Shown in pieces: positions 17,801 to 25,795 of a stretch of 37,644 nt of DNA. The stretch is from IMG/VR virus record IMGVR_UViG_3300012953_000080, positions 1 to 37,644 of that record. One strand, given 5' to 3'. The DNA comes from a virus (Duplodnaviria; Caudoviricetes). The position numbers and the translations under genes are program-made. The notes below the pieces were generated by a model that was not told the DNA's origin, did not search any database, and worked only from the letters and a program-made list of their open reading frames with translations. Within the stretch, counting starts at the first letter, position 1. Every line of letters begins with the position of its first letter.

Positions 17801-19233
17801 TCAAACAGGAATAGATTATGGAAATCTGTTCCTAATTGGGTATCAGTCTTGTAGAACTTCATTTGTACTACACGAGCCTTACCAATTATCTTTCCTTGGG
17901 CAGTACCAGTGTAATCTGAATAGTTTGCAGTACCATTTGGAGCAATATTCCAACCATCTCTTAATTCAATAGTCTGATATGCATTAGTAATACCGTCTCC
18001 AGTTAGATGTGGATTACCAAATACATCATATACTCTGACATATTGACCAAGTTCGAATGAAATAATTCCATTCTCTCTACTTAAGAACGTTCTTGGTTTT
18101 GGAATAGACTTATACTGAGGTGTTAAGAACTCAGTTCTATATCCTCTAACGTATGCTCTACCTGGACCAACTTCTACAGCAAGGTATTCATCGGAAGCAG
18201 CAACACCATCCTTTGATGTTGTACCTTGTCTGAAGACACCATTGTTAAAGAGGTCATCTAAATGCTCACGAGGTGTTACATCAAAACTATCAATAACATA
18301 GTCGCCACTCTCTTCATATGTGCGACGTGCCATTGTCCTTTCAAGTTCTGAATAGGCAGTCTTATTAACTAACTGCTCTACCTTACTATTGTTTAGACGT
18401 AATAATTCAATAAAGTTCTTATCTGTATCATCATTGATTGCTTTCTTAGTTAAAGCAGTCTTAATACGGAAACGGTGACCACCTGGTGCTGAATAGTTTG
18501 ATGCTCCAGCAGCGTTATCATTTAAAGATGAGTCATCTTCAGGTGTAATAATAGATTCAGATACCTCTAGTCCTATCCTATAAGATGGATTGTTTGTATA
18601 TTGATCTAAAAGAAGGTGTGCTGATTGAACATCAACAAAATAACCACGTATGAAATATACACCAGCATTAATATAAGCAACAGATCCAATTTCAGTTGCA
18701 TTTGCAGGTAATAACTGAGCAAATGGTGAACTTACTTCGATCAAAGTAGTACCAAATGTTATTTCATTCTGAGCATATAACTGCTCATTATCAATGAATC
18801 CTTTAACTGACTCAGCAGATACAGTATCACCAGAGTCAATATATTTTACATATAATGTTATATAACCTTTCGTCGATTCTGTCGCAGGGATAGAATATAA
18901 TACTTTTGCTTTAACACCAGAAGTAACACCAGTTATTACTTGTCCAGTAAGTTGATTACGATAATTCTCAACATCAACTCCTAAGAAATTCTGTTGAAGA
19001 ATGACTGCTTTAACATCTAGGTCATAACCGATTTGACCAGGAATAACCATTGAGCCTTCTTTAAAGAAGTGCTGACCCATCGATTCAATCTGATTCTGTA
19101 GAATCGATTGCATGGTCGTAAGTTCCCTAGCCTGGATTGGGAATCCTGGTCGGTAGAGTACTCTGTAAAAGTTTTTATCCTTATCGAAGTCGTCAAAATA
19201 CGGACTTATATTAAGGTTGGTAGTCTGTGGCAT
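11851..19233 (-). CDS. large virion structural protein, VrlC-like / DUF4815 family (2460 aa)
   Basis: N-terminus NLNxxPYFDDFD..KNFYRVL.RPG.P.QARELT..QSILQNQIE, plus YTMKDIGDLEKR, DRFKNG.VVDDF, NVNPFNVF, DPLAQSF and LFKSQNASTW; directly after gp8. Confidence 0.85.
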   Translation of the reverse strand: MPQTTNLNISPYFDDFDKDKNFYRVLYRPGFPIQARELTTMQSILQNQIESMGQHFFKEGSMVIPGQIGYDLDVKAVILQQNFLGVDVENYRNQLTGQVITGVTSGVKAKVLYSIPATESTKGYITLYVKYIDSGDTVSAESVKGFIDNEQLYAQNEITFGTTLIEVSSPFAQLLPANATEIGSVAYINAGVYFIRGYFVDVQSAHLLLDQYTNNPSYRIGLEVSESIITPEDDSSLNDNAAGASNYSAPGGHRFRIKTALTKKAINDDTDKNFIELLRLNNSKVEQLVNKTAYSELERTMARRTYEESGDYVIDSFDVTPREHLDDLFNNGVFRQGTTSKDGVAASDEYLAVEVGPGRAYVRGYRTEFLTPQYKSIPKPRTFLSRENGIISFELGQYVRVYDVFGNPHLTGDGITNAYQTIELRDGWNIAPNGTANYSDYTGTAQGKIIGKARVVQMKFYKTDTQLGTDFHNLFLFDIQMFTAINFKANVTLNDGDLIIGRTSGARGYVFQGANSGNYGVRDYALLYQISGEFNNNEVVTRDGRVVGEVDAVFPYQFTDTRSVVGRTTGNAIIFGASLAMNDQYQIDCYNVIVDQAGNNRIEGYGSNFGTELRPGEVIRVVGTTQKAEKTLRLRSIDDTNINLSAANSGTGASNIIFDYAQQHALLGTGKGTTPDGDYTQGTVVRMRPYVFNKDYQNGELSIDLPYRSMKSLDDESFYVYRSFINKVVSNGDITITLPESEAFAALAKGDYTVTIAAQSGSAYVVGQILDLDTEDTAGNLTVTFGAERQSVSVAGLTNVTQIHLNALVSKNTVARKIKTASKMRVMKVIKTDKQDDVLKFGLAYGNLYGTRIEDKEISFGLNDVYKIHAVYESSDENDAQVPYVVLDESTFFNIGSVIIGRTSGARARVISFVNSTLRLYNVGLNEIPFIPGEIIDGYDDTDAPLTALIDDADGSVILGAKNITSQFNLDPGQNSHFYDVSKLIREPNTAPPTRRLMVVFDYFLHEQTGDYFSAQSYTGIPFKDIPNYKLDGNINFLVDTIDFRPGVGEQAEGSGTVTSPYYVNCTSFDFDSREFNTTGGQGGSTIFDIMRVETDFRADYSWYQGRMDYLYLGHNNELIVAQGKPGDDLVPPDKIENAMLIATLELKPYCYDPERDVIVKLEQIRRYTMKDIGDLEKRLGQVEFYTSLSMLEASADSAKAYDENGFDRFKNGYVVDDFTDHTVGDVLSTDYKCSLDFAEGLLRPSHYTTNVALEWNETASSNIVRHEGNIITLQFTEQKIVEQPYASRQENVNPFNVFTFIGRIDLTPSSDDWVDTERLPARVENVEGDFSSVSADMQVDQNGFAPIQWGSWQTNWTGETLKSSSQNRSSSGTFGVGRQLGRAGHGQRRQGLFYLHERRTYRVVNNQARQGIRSRVVPRIDRKSLGDSILSQTTIPWIRSRNVGYKVARMKPNTRFHAFFDNVNVSTYLTPKIIELVKNSSSDPTTNETPYVVGEVVIGQTSGCRLLVALPNDGGQYNPYSGIETLLPESYASQTDILNVDISAMAETKNPDYYGNIQVGEILLGQTSGARAVVKDRKVISNNVGETSGTLFIPNPKEDSNPRFATGTRTLRFTTNEENSKLPGTVDSSAETTYEARGTLQTVRENILAVRNAEIVRDTVSEDRVVTTTRTEERQVGWYDPLAQSFILDEDGGTFINSVDIFFASKDGNIPISMQIRTMENGYPTASILPFSDVTLTPTQVETSENAAIATKFTFRAPVYLKKSTEYCFVLLSDSNEYKVWISRMGDVDITGTRTISEQPYAGVLFKSQNASTWTADQYEDLKFTMYRCQFGPSNGVATFNNCTLGKGNGGVHNLIENPILTLKPKQILDLPTGNLSLSNAAASFTVGARVVQDPSGAAGTVTEFDTTGANPKVTLTDIQGTFASGFTQSGGGIYQVLKSSQSKVTITCSVVNPASGFAVGDIITNGSNAEAVVTSFTVGTGVLEANYVKGLFADTDTITGGTPTVQASIQASGVVYLSTADSYDAYPTATPTYENADREVLVYHRNHGMHERANNVTVEGLISEISSTTLTSTLASDATTIAVQDALSFHQTINNAPISTSNPGYLKIGNEIIAYSGISNTGQTITVSTSGRGSNDTTAAEHASGTAVECYNLDGIPLTELNKTHTSISCPWLDSYMLHTTSVATNGIRGGGKRTFATQNVQFETLTPTVLTMNLPETDIRTLVNTTTATSIGDGSTTIDQASFINNGDFLEVTLNNRNFFPNPKLIASQINENNKMEGAKSFTMQIQLATDNVNLTPVVDLDRCSLITTSNRINYWPGGSAAIPSQANIDRAGDTSTDPTGDQNAAVYLTRLARLAQESRTLKLAFQITRSADAFIYPYYKTFTFGASTRPEDVDWTPFPENINYDTTPSEEILWKDFEYEVTGLNFNAFQVKLVMKSKNQSSVPFIADLRATALAT

Positions 19234-19236
19234 TTT

Positions 19237-20772
19237 TTAAAACTCGATTACGATCTTGATATCTTCGATTTGGTCACCAGCACGAGAGATCGCACTCCTA
19301 TTATCTATGTAAATTACGTCACCTGAGTTTGGTTGAATCTCAGGAGTAGCATAACCATTAGTAAATGACATACCCAAATCATATTCAGTGTTATTAATAA
19401 CACGGGTTGATGAACCAGCAATGATTGGGAAGTTAATATCGGGGTCACCTGATGTACCAGATGTAGCACCCACTATTGCGTTACCACCTTCAAAGTCAAC
19501 TAGGTTACCTGTAATTTCAGGAAACACACCATCAACTCTGTTTTGATAGTACTTCAAAACTTTTGTAGTACTGTTCCAAGAAATAACTCTACCTCTTGCA
19601 GTTACCTGCTGACCACCAACGGTACGAGATTGAGTAATAATTTCATCAGTTTGGAACTGACCAGTAAATGTAGGTGAGAATATTGCTGCATTTGTACCAG
19701 ACAAAGTTAGATCTGCTACCAATTCGCTAGTACCAAACCTGTCAGGATTCATAACAAGACCAATACGACGATAGTCGTTATCAGTTGGGAAGTCACCTGA
19801 ACCCTCAGCGTAGGTAAACTTAGTGTTGATCATCACACGATAAGCACCAAGTTCAATGGATGGTACTGAACCATGACCATTAATAGGTGGAACAATAACA
19901 TCAATAGCAGCACCAGAACCAGTTCCAGCACCAATACCATTAATCTCATCAATAATAACTTTACCAAATGTGTATCCAGAACCACCAGATGTTACAGTTG
20001 CAGAAACAACTTTACCACCATCCACAACAATAGAAACACGACCACCAGTACCATCACCTTTTATAGCGACGTTTTCATAAGTACCATTGTTATATCCAGC
20101 ACCAGATGCCTGAATAACCACAGTATCAATTTCACCACCAACAGCATCAGACACAACAGCAGTGTCAGATAATACAGGCATGTACTCGTTAGAGAAGAAT
20201 TTTAGGACTTGACCAACAGGGATCGTGTACATATACTTCCAACGGTAGCCATCAGCAGTTGTGATAATGCTGGTGGACGTTCCTGTAGGTTCAATAGTAG
20301 AAGGTTTACCATTAGGATCAGAAGGAGATGTGCCGTTGTAAATGCACTTGTAAACTTGATAGGACGAGTTAACAACGAAGAAATCTGCGTCGTATAATTT
20401 CGTAGCACCAGACGATGCCGTTTTAGTCGAGGAGTAATCATGACGATACATATCATAAACATAACCCAGACCACCAGTGGTCTGTTCTGGAGGAGTCCAG
20501 TCAACACGTCTTATAACTTGAATTACATCATTCGCTAAAACACGTTTGAGTGATATCAAATCATCGTAGACATCAGAAAATTCCTGAAATGAATCTACAG
20601 GAGTAGGTGGATTATTTTCATTATCCCATGTTTGAGGTCTTCCTATGAAGACGTATAGACGATCTCTACTGGCACCAGCAGCAGCATCAGACTGTATTGG
20701 ATCTGGTCCTTCTAAAGCCTTGATGAACTTATTGGCAGTAAAAATTCTAAATTGGTCAGTAAGTAGTGCCAT
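19237..20772 (-). CDS. gp8: baseplate wedge subunit (T4 gp8-like)
   Basis: Motifs LYVFIGRPQTW, VIRRVDW, YDMYRHDY, VYKCIYNG, DGYRWKYMYTIP, NDYRRIGL and C-terminal SGDVIYIDNR.I.R..DQIEDIKIVIEF. Confidence 0.92.
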   Translation of the reverse strand: MALLTDQFRIFTANKFIKALEGPDPIQSDAAAGASRDRLYVFIGRPQTWDNENNPPTPVDSFQEFSDVYDDLISLKRVLANDVIQVIRRVDWTPPEQTTGGLGYVYDMYRHDYSSTKTASSGATKLYDADFFVVNSSYQVYKCIYNGTSPSDPNGKPSTIEPTGTSTSIITTADGYRWKYMYTIPVGQVLKFFSNEYMPVLSDTAVVSDAVGGEIDTVVIQASGAGYNNGTYENVAIKGDGTGGRVSIVVDGGKVVSATVTSGGSGYTFGKVIIDEINGIGAGTGSGAAIDVIVPPINGHGSVPSIELGAYRVMINTKFTYAEGSGDFPTDNDYRRIGLVMNPDRFGTSELVADLTLSGTNAAIFSPTFTGQFQTDEIITQSRTVGGQQVTARGRVISWNSTTKVLKYYQNRVDGVFPEITGNLVDFEGGNAIVGATSGTSGDPDINFPIIAGSSTRVINNTEYDLGMSFTNGYATPEIQPNSGDVIYIDNRSAISRAGDQIEDIKIVIEF

Positions 20773-20794
20773 TTAGCTGCGTTTACCTTCTTTT

Positions 20795-20802
20795 TATTTA
20801 TG
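20795..20802 (-). promoter_or_regulatory. T4-like late promoter CATAAATA upstream of gp8
   Basis: Intergenic, 22 nt before the gp8 ATG, with an AAGG SD-like element between. Confidence 0.75.
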
Positions 20803-20807
20803 TGAGT

Positions 20808-22673
20808 TTACTCTGGTTCGTTTCTCAACTGGGAGTCGTAGGTGATTTCCCAAGGTTTTATAGATGCACCAGATGTTCCACCAACAACATTTTCTGCTGT
20901 AGTGAACTGATATTCTGCGCCATTGTTTGCAGGAGTTTTCACATCTAAGTATGAAAATTGTCCAGAAGCGGAGGCAGGAGTCCATGCAGTTACAACTGCA
21001 GTAACCCCTGTAGTAGAACCAGAAACAGTTTCGTTAACCTGAAAAGGTGTTGCAACTGGCCAAGTCTTACTTGATATACGATATGTTGAAAGATGTACTT
21101 CACCATCACCAAGTTGACCAGCAGACTGAACTGAGGCAACTAATTGTGATTGACTTCCATCGTAGATTGAATCACCTATTGCTAATAGCGTGGTATTCTG
21201 TCCACCAACTGTCTCTTCAATACCATATAGTGAAGATGCAAGACCACCATCCAAACTAGTTTCATATTCATAATCTGTACCAGTGTTCACTAGGTCAGGA
21301 ATACCATCACCAGCACCAGACAATTCGTCATCATCTTCAAATGTCTTATTCGGAAATACCGTTAAAGGTTCAGTGAAGAGTATAATTTCATCACCATTGG
21401 AATCAAGTAATACATGTGGTTCAACACCCGTACTGGTAGAACTTGCAACACCAGCAACGAATGCAACGATTGATGCTTCTGTCTGAGAACGACCTGCATC
21501 TATAAATGCAAGTTCATCTACTTGGAATACTAGATATAAATCTCTTGTTGCAGGTCTCCAATCATATACAATAGCAATTTTATTATCACTATTTTCTTGT
21601 ACACGACGAACTCTATCATTAATGGTAAATTGATACCCAGTTATTCCAGTCCCAGGATCATCCTGCAATGTATCTAAGGTTACTTTTTGATCATATTTAA
21701 AATTAATACCTCTACTAATTCCTTTAAATTGGGTAGCAGTCTTAGAGGTATATCGAAAAAGTTCTTTTCCTATTAACGCTTTTCCAGAACCAGGAAATGC
21801 ATTCGTAGTTTCAACGTTAATAGTTACATCAGAAACAGCAACATCTTTAGTAAGACCAGTAACGTTATATACTACTGAATTTAAAGATTGACGATTTCTT
21901 GTTGTTCTTATTAAGTTTGTATTTCTGGTGAAAATTATATCAGGTGCCTTTAAAGGATCAGGACTGTATCCACCACCAGGATTAGTGATAGTAATATCTG
22001 TAATCTTACCGAGACTAATCTGTGCTTCAGCAGTACCACCACTACCACCTCCACCAATAATTTGAATGATAGGAGGAGTTTCGAAGAACTCACCTTCATT
22101 ACTAATTGTAATATTTTCTAACTTACCAAACTCATTAACCTCAGCAATACCAGTGGCACCTTCACCTCCTCCACCACTAATAACTATAGTTACATCATCT
22201 CTACTATAATTTCTACCTTGATTCTCTAATGATAAACCAGTAACAAATCCAGTAACAGGTACCAATTCTGCACCTGCTCCACCACCACCTTCTAATCTTG
22301 CTGTAGTACCACCAAAATAATTATCACCATTGGTACGCATCTGTATCAGATCAATGCTACCATCTTCTTTTAAAAATAAATCTGCATCTGCACCAAAAGA
22401 ACCAGCATCAGTACTTTCAACTACAAGTCTTAATGGATCATATCCTTCACCTGGATCAATAATCTCTACAGACTGAATCTCTCCAGCAGTATTAATGACA
22501 GGACGTAATACTGCATCACGAACAGGAGTACCACAATTAGAAATAACTAATTTTGGTGGATCTCCAGCAGTATATCCAGTCCCACCAGACACCACAAAAA
22601 TATCTTTAACACCATAAGTGCTGTTAAAGACTGGTGTTATAGATGCACCTGATCCTGGGACTGTTCTTGCCAT
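20808..22673 (-). CDS. Gly-rich virion/baseplate structural protein (621 aa)
   Basis: Repeated GxG(Y/F)...P.I.I.GGGGxG(A/G).A units typical of cyanophage baseplate-region proteins; 1-nt spacing from the upstream gene. Confidence 0.78.
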   Translation of the reverse strand: MARTVPGSGASITPVFNSTYGVKDIFVVSGGTGYTAGDPPKLVISNCGTPVRDAVLRPVINTAGEIQSVEIIDPGEGYDPLRLVVESTDAGSFGADADLFLKEDGSIDLIQMRTNGDNYFGGTTARLEGGGGAGAELVPVTGFVTGLSLENQGRNYSRDDVTIVISGGGGEGATGIAEVNEFGKLENITISNEGEFFETPPIIQIIGGGGSGGTAEAQISLGKITDITITNPGGGYSPDPLKAPDIIFTRNTNLIRTTRNRQSLNSVVYNVTGLTKDVAVSDVTINVETTNAFPGSGKALIGKELFRYTSKTATQFKGISRGINFKYDQKVTLDTLQDDPGTGITGYQFTINDRVRRVQENSDNKIAIVYDWRPATRDLYLVFQVDELAFIDAGRSQTEASIVAFVAGVASSTSTGVEPHVLLDSNGDEIILFTEPLTVFPNKTFEDDDELSGAGDGIPDLVNTGTDYEYETSLDGGLASSLYGIEETVGGQNTTLLAIGDSIYDGSQSQLVASVQSAGQLGDGEVHLSTYRISSKTWPVATPFQVNETVSGSTTGVTAVVTAWTPASASGQFSYLDVKTPANNGAEYQFTTAENVVGGTSGASIKPWEITYDSQLRNEPE

Positions 22674-22674
22674 A

Positions 22675-24171
22675 TTAGACTATAGTGAGGTTTCCTACCA
22701 TTGCACCATGTATTGTGCACTGATAAACATAAGTTGTACCAGCAGCAACGGTCATGGGAACCGTATATACTATTACTCCAGAAGTTGATCCAGAGACACC
22801 CTCAGTAAGAGCAGCACCACCTGAACCCACACGTAATTCAAATGGATGGTTGGTACCTGGACCGCTGTTATTGAATCTATATGTAAATCCTCTGTACAGG
22901 AATAGTGTTGGGTTATCTGTACTACTATTCACACCTGGACCTGTAAGTCTATATGAACCAGCAGCATTATTAGTAGTCACATAAGACAATACTGGAGATG
23001 CAAATGCACCCATAGTATTTGCTGCAGTAGCAACAATATTTTGACCTTCTGCAACTGTTGGTAATGCTGAAGCAGTGCTGTTTATAGTAAGAGTGCTCCC
23101 AGTAATACTAGTAGATATGTTGGACCCACCAGAAACAGTAAGAGTAGAATCACTAGCAGCAGCAGTATAAGAACCCGTATCCGCAGTTGCCGTTTGGAGG
23201 ACATTCTGTACGATATTTGGGGCATCATTTGTTATTGTAAGGTTATCACCTGATACAGCAGTGCTAACTCCAGTACCACCAAGAAGGTTAATAGTAGCAG
23301 TTGTACTTGCTGCAGTTTTATTACCCGCATCTGAACCAATTGTTGAAAAAAGGTTTTGGTCTGGATCACCAAGTGTCCCTGTCATTGCTATCGTGACAGT
23401 ATCACCTGCAATAGACGTAGCAATATTGGTTCCACCAGCAAATATTAATGTATCAGTAGCAGCACTTGCAGTTGTTGTACCAGTATCAGCATTAATTGTC
23501 TCAAAAAGGTTTTGAGTTGATCCACCACCACCTCCAGAAGTTGTTTCATCATTAGCAGGTGACCACTTTGATGTTGATGCAACCCACTTAAGAACTTGTC
23601 CATCTGAAGGACCACCATTAACAGTTGTATCAACGTCACTTAATAATGTTACACTACTGTTCTCTGAGATGAGAGGGATCCAAGCAGAGTTGTGAGAATA
23701 ATATCCTTTACCTGTGTCATGTGCATGAGCAAACATACCATGATATGTTCCTGCTGCAGGAAGACTTGCCTCATCAGTATAAGGAGCATTCCATTTAAAA
23801 TATCCATCAGCACCATCACAAACAGCATATGCTTGACCACTACCACCTGCCCAAAATTTAATATCACCAGTACCATTTGGTTTTATAACTACATCACCAC
23901 TAGAACTAGAGACAATATAATTTCCACCAACATCTAAATCGGATGTCAATGCATCATAGTTTGCACCTTCAAATGCTGTATTTGATGAATTCCATTTCAA
24001 TACTTGGTTATCTGTTATACCAGCACCGATGTTGATTTGCAAATCAGCATTGTTACCAAGTTTCGTATATAATTCATCGAAGTTGGAATTGAGTTTAACT
24101 GCACCATCACGAAGGGTATCACCCGTGCCGTCGTTAGCAGAAGAACCAATACCAATAGACTGTTTTGCCAT
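22675..24171 (-). CDS. T4 gp9/gp10-like baseplate-fibre connector with C-terminal cupredoxin-like domain (498 aa)
   Basis: N-terminus KQSIGIGSSANDGTGDTLRDGAVKLNSNFDELY is the gp9/gp10 N-terminal signature. Three ~48-aa QN(L/V)..T..(A/S)D.G repeats follow. The C-terminus is HPF...YQCTIHGAMVG. Confidence 0.82.
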   Translation of the reverse strand: MAKQSIGIGSSANDGTGDTLRDGAVKLNSNFDELYTKLGNNADLQINIGAGITDNQVLKWNSSNTAFEGANYDALTSDLDVGGNYIVSSSSGDVVIKPNGTGDIKFWAGGSGQAYAVCDGADGYFKWNAPYTDEASLPAAGTYHGMFAHAHDTGKGYYSHNSAWIPLISENSSVTLLSDVDTTVNGGPSDGQVLKWVASTSKWSPANDETTSGGGGGSTQNLFETINADTGTTTASAATDTLIFAGGTNIATSIAGDTVTIAMTGTLGDPDQNLFSTIGSDAGNKTAASTTATINLLGGTGVSTAVSGDNLTITNDAPNIVQNVLQTATADTGSYTAAASDSTLTVSGGSNISTSITGSTLTINSTASALPTVAEGQNIVATAANTMGAFASPVLSYVTTNNAAGSYRLTGPGVNSSTDNPTLFLYRGFTYRFNNSGPGTNHPFELRVGSGGAALTEGVSGSTSGVIVYTVPMTVAAGTTYVYQCTIHGAMVGNLTIV

Positions 24172-24194
24172 CTTTTTCTAGTCCTTTACAATGT

Positions 24195-24201
24195 TATTTA
24201 G
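24195..24201 (-). promoter_or_regulatory. late-promoter variant CTAAATA overlapping the YHYH gene stop
   Basis: Lies 23 nt upstream of the gp9-like ATG, with an AAGGA SD between. Confidence 0.55.
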
Positions 24202-25778
24202 GTTTGATCGAATCGACTTGTTGTACTGTCGAACGTTGCATTAGTATTATCGAATGTATTATCTGTTGAACCACCCACACCAGTAACAGTAAGAGTAGCA
24301 ACATCAGATTCAAGTGGAGAGTTCTGAGCTGGTGTATCACCAGTCGGACCTGCAACAACACACTTAAACTTATACCCAGTCATGTACGACAATGCCGTAA
24401 ACTGGTAAGTAGATGAAGTTGCACCATTGAGAGTTGAATATGCGAATCCACCATCTGTAGATCTGTACCACTGATATGTCTTAGGTCCATCTTGAGGACT
24501 AATGCTGACCGAGATGGTAAACGTAGCAGTTTGACCAGAATTGACAGTAGAATTCTGAGGTTGTGCAGCAATCTGTAGTGTTGCTGGTGGTGCCTCACCA
24601 TCACCACCAGAAGGAGGTGCGGCTGGTGCTTGAGCACCATTATTTGCTGGTTGATCTAATACTTCTCTAGTAGTAACACCAATCATATAAGGGTAACCTG
24701 GATCACCCTGTTCATTCACACTAAGGAAATATGCATATGTACCAGCAGGATATTCTGGTGTAAAACAGAAACGTCCATTATGGTAATCTAAATCACCAAG
24801 ACCTTCATTATATTCCCAGTCTTGTATAAACGAACCAGCAGAAGGATTTGCTAATGAGTTTCCATAAGCAGGTCTTCCTGCTGTCTCTGTTGCTTTCAAT
24901 TGATAAGAAGACCTCATAGTCTTAATACCACTACTAACACCAAATGGTTCTACGTATGAATAAGGACCATACACAGGGAATCCATCAAATGAATAACCAA
25001 GGACTTTTGAATGTCCATCTGGATGTCTTAATGAATCACCGTTATACTGACTCAGACCATAGTAATCATTATATGTTGACATAATAGAATTATTATTCCA
25101 ACACTCAATAAAGTGCGTATCATGATAATGATACTGTCCAGTCTGTTCTGGATGACCACCACATGAATCATCACCAAAATCTACAGGTGAATATTCATAA
25201 TGCGCATTCCAATTAAATCCTGCGGGTGGGTTTCCACCAAGACCTGCAGATGGGTTAAAGATAACAACACCGTTTGCAACCATTCCAACTGCACCTAATG
25301 GTGTTTCTGTTCTACCATTTCTTTGATCATAATATGTGTATGTACCACTTACATATTGAGATGTACTTGTAACTAACTGTAAATTAGTATCAGTAGATCT
25401 CCAACAATATCCATTACTAGAAGTAAATGTTGTCCCATTATAAACAAACATTTGATGTCTACCATCACTAAATTTAAATAACAAATTATCTCCAGGTCTT
25501 ATCATTCCTGTAGTTTCATCACCCAATAATGTATTATCTGCAGAAGATAATGTAATGTTTATAGCATACCCTTCCTGAGTAAATGCATTACTATCAAATG
25601 CTCTTTCAACACCAAAGGTACCACCACGGTATGTGAAATCATGATCGAAATCTTGTTCAGTAACCGTATTGGGGTTATTCAGGTTGGGGAATGATCCAAA
25701 CGTAACAGGACTAGGTAGTCCGTTAGATGAAATATCTAAGATATTTGTGCCTGGATTGTAAGTGGCGGTAGCACTCAT
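24198..25778 (-). CDS. YHYH-domain protein with C-terminal Ig-like domain (526 aa)
   Basis: Motifs TPLGAVG...NGVVIFNP, D.CGGHP...GQYHYH, HSKVLGYSFDGFPVYGP and GDLD..NGRF..TPEYP.GTYAYF. The Ig-like part is IAAQPQNSTVNSGQTATF...YQWYRS. Confidence 0.87.
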   Translation of the reverse strand: MSATATYNPGTNILDISSNGLPSPVTFGSFPNLNNPNTVTEQDFDHDFTYRGGTFGVERAFDSNAFTQEGYAINITLSSADNTLLGDETTGMIRPGDNLLFKFSDGRHQMFVYNGTTFTSSNGYCWRSTDTNLQLVTSTSQYVSGTYTYYDQRNGRTETPLGAVGMVANGVVIFNPSAGLGGNPPAGFNWNAHYEYSPVDFGDDSCGGHPEQTGQYHYHDTHFIECWNNNSIMSTYNDYYGLSQYNGDSLRHPDGHSKVLGYSFDGFPVYGPYSYVEPFGVSSGIKTMRSSYQLKATETAGRPAYGNSLANPSAGSFIQDWEYNEGLGDLDYHNGRFCFTPEYPAGTYAYFLSVNEQGDPGYPYMIGVTTREVLDQPANNGAQAPAAPPSGGDGEAPPATLQIAAQPQNSTVNSGQTATFTISVSISPQDGPKTYQWYRSTDGGFAYSTLNGATSSTYQFTALSYMTGYKFKCVVAGPTGDTPAQNSPLESDVATLTVTGVGGSTDNTFDNTNATFDSTTSRFDQT

Positions 25779-25787
25779 TTTTCTGAT

Positions 25788-25795
25788 TATTTATT
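25788..25795 (-). promoter_or_regulatory. late promoter AATAAATA overlapping the giant gene's stop
   Basis: ATAAATA lies 9 nt before the ATG at 25778. Confidence 0.55.
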
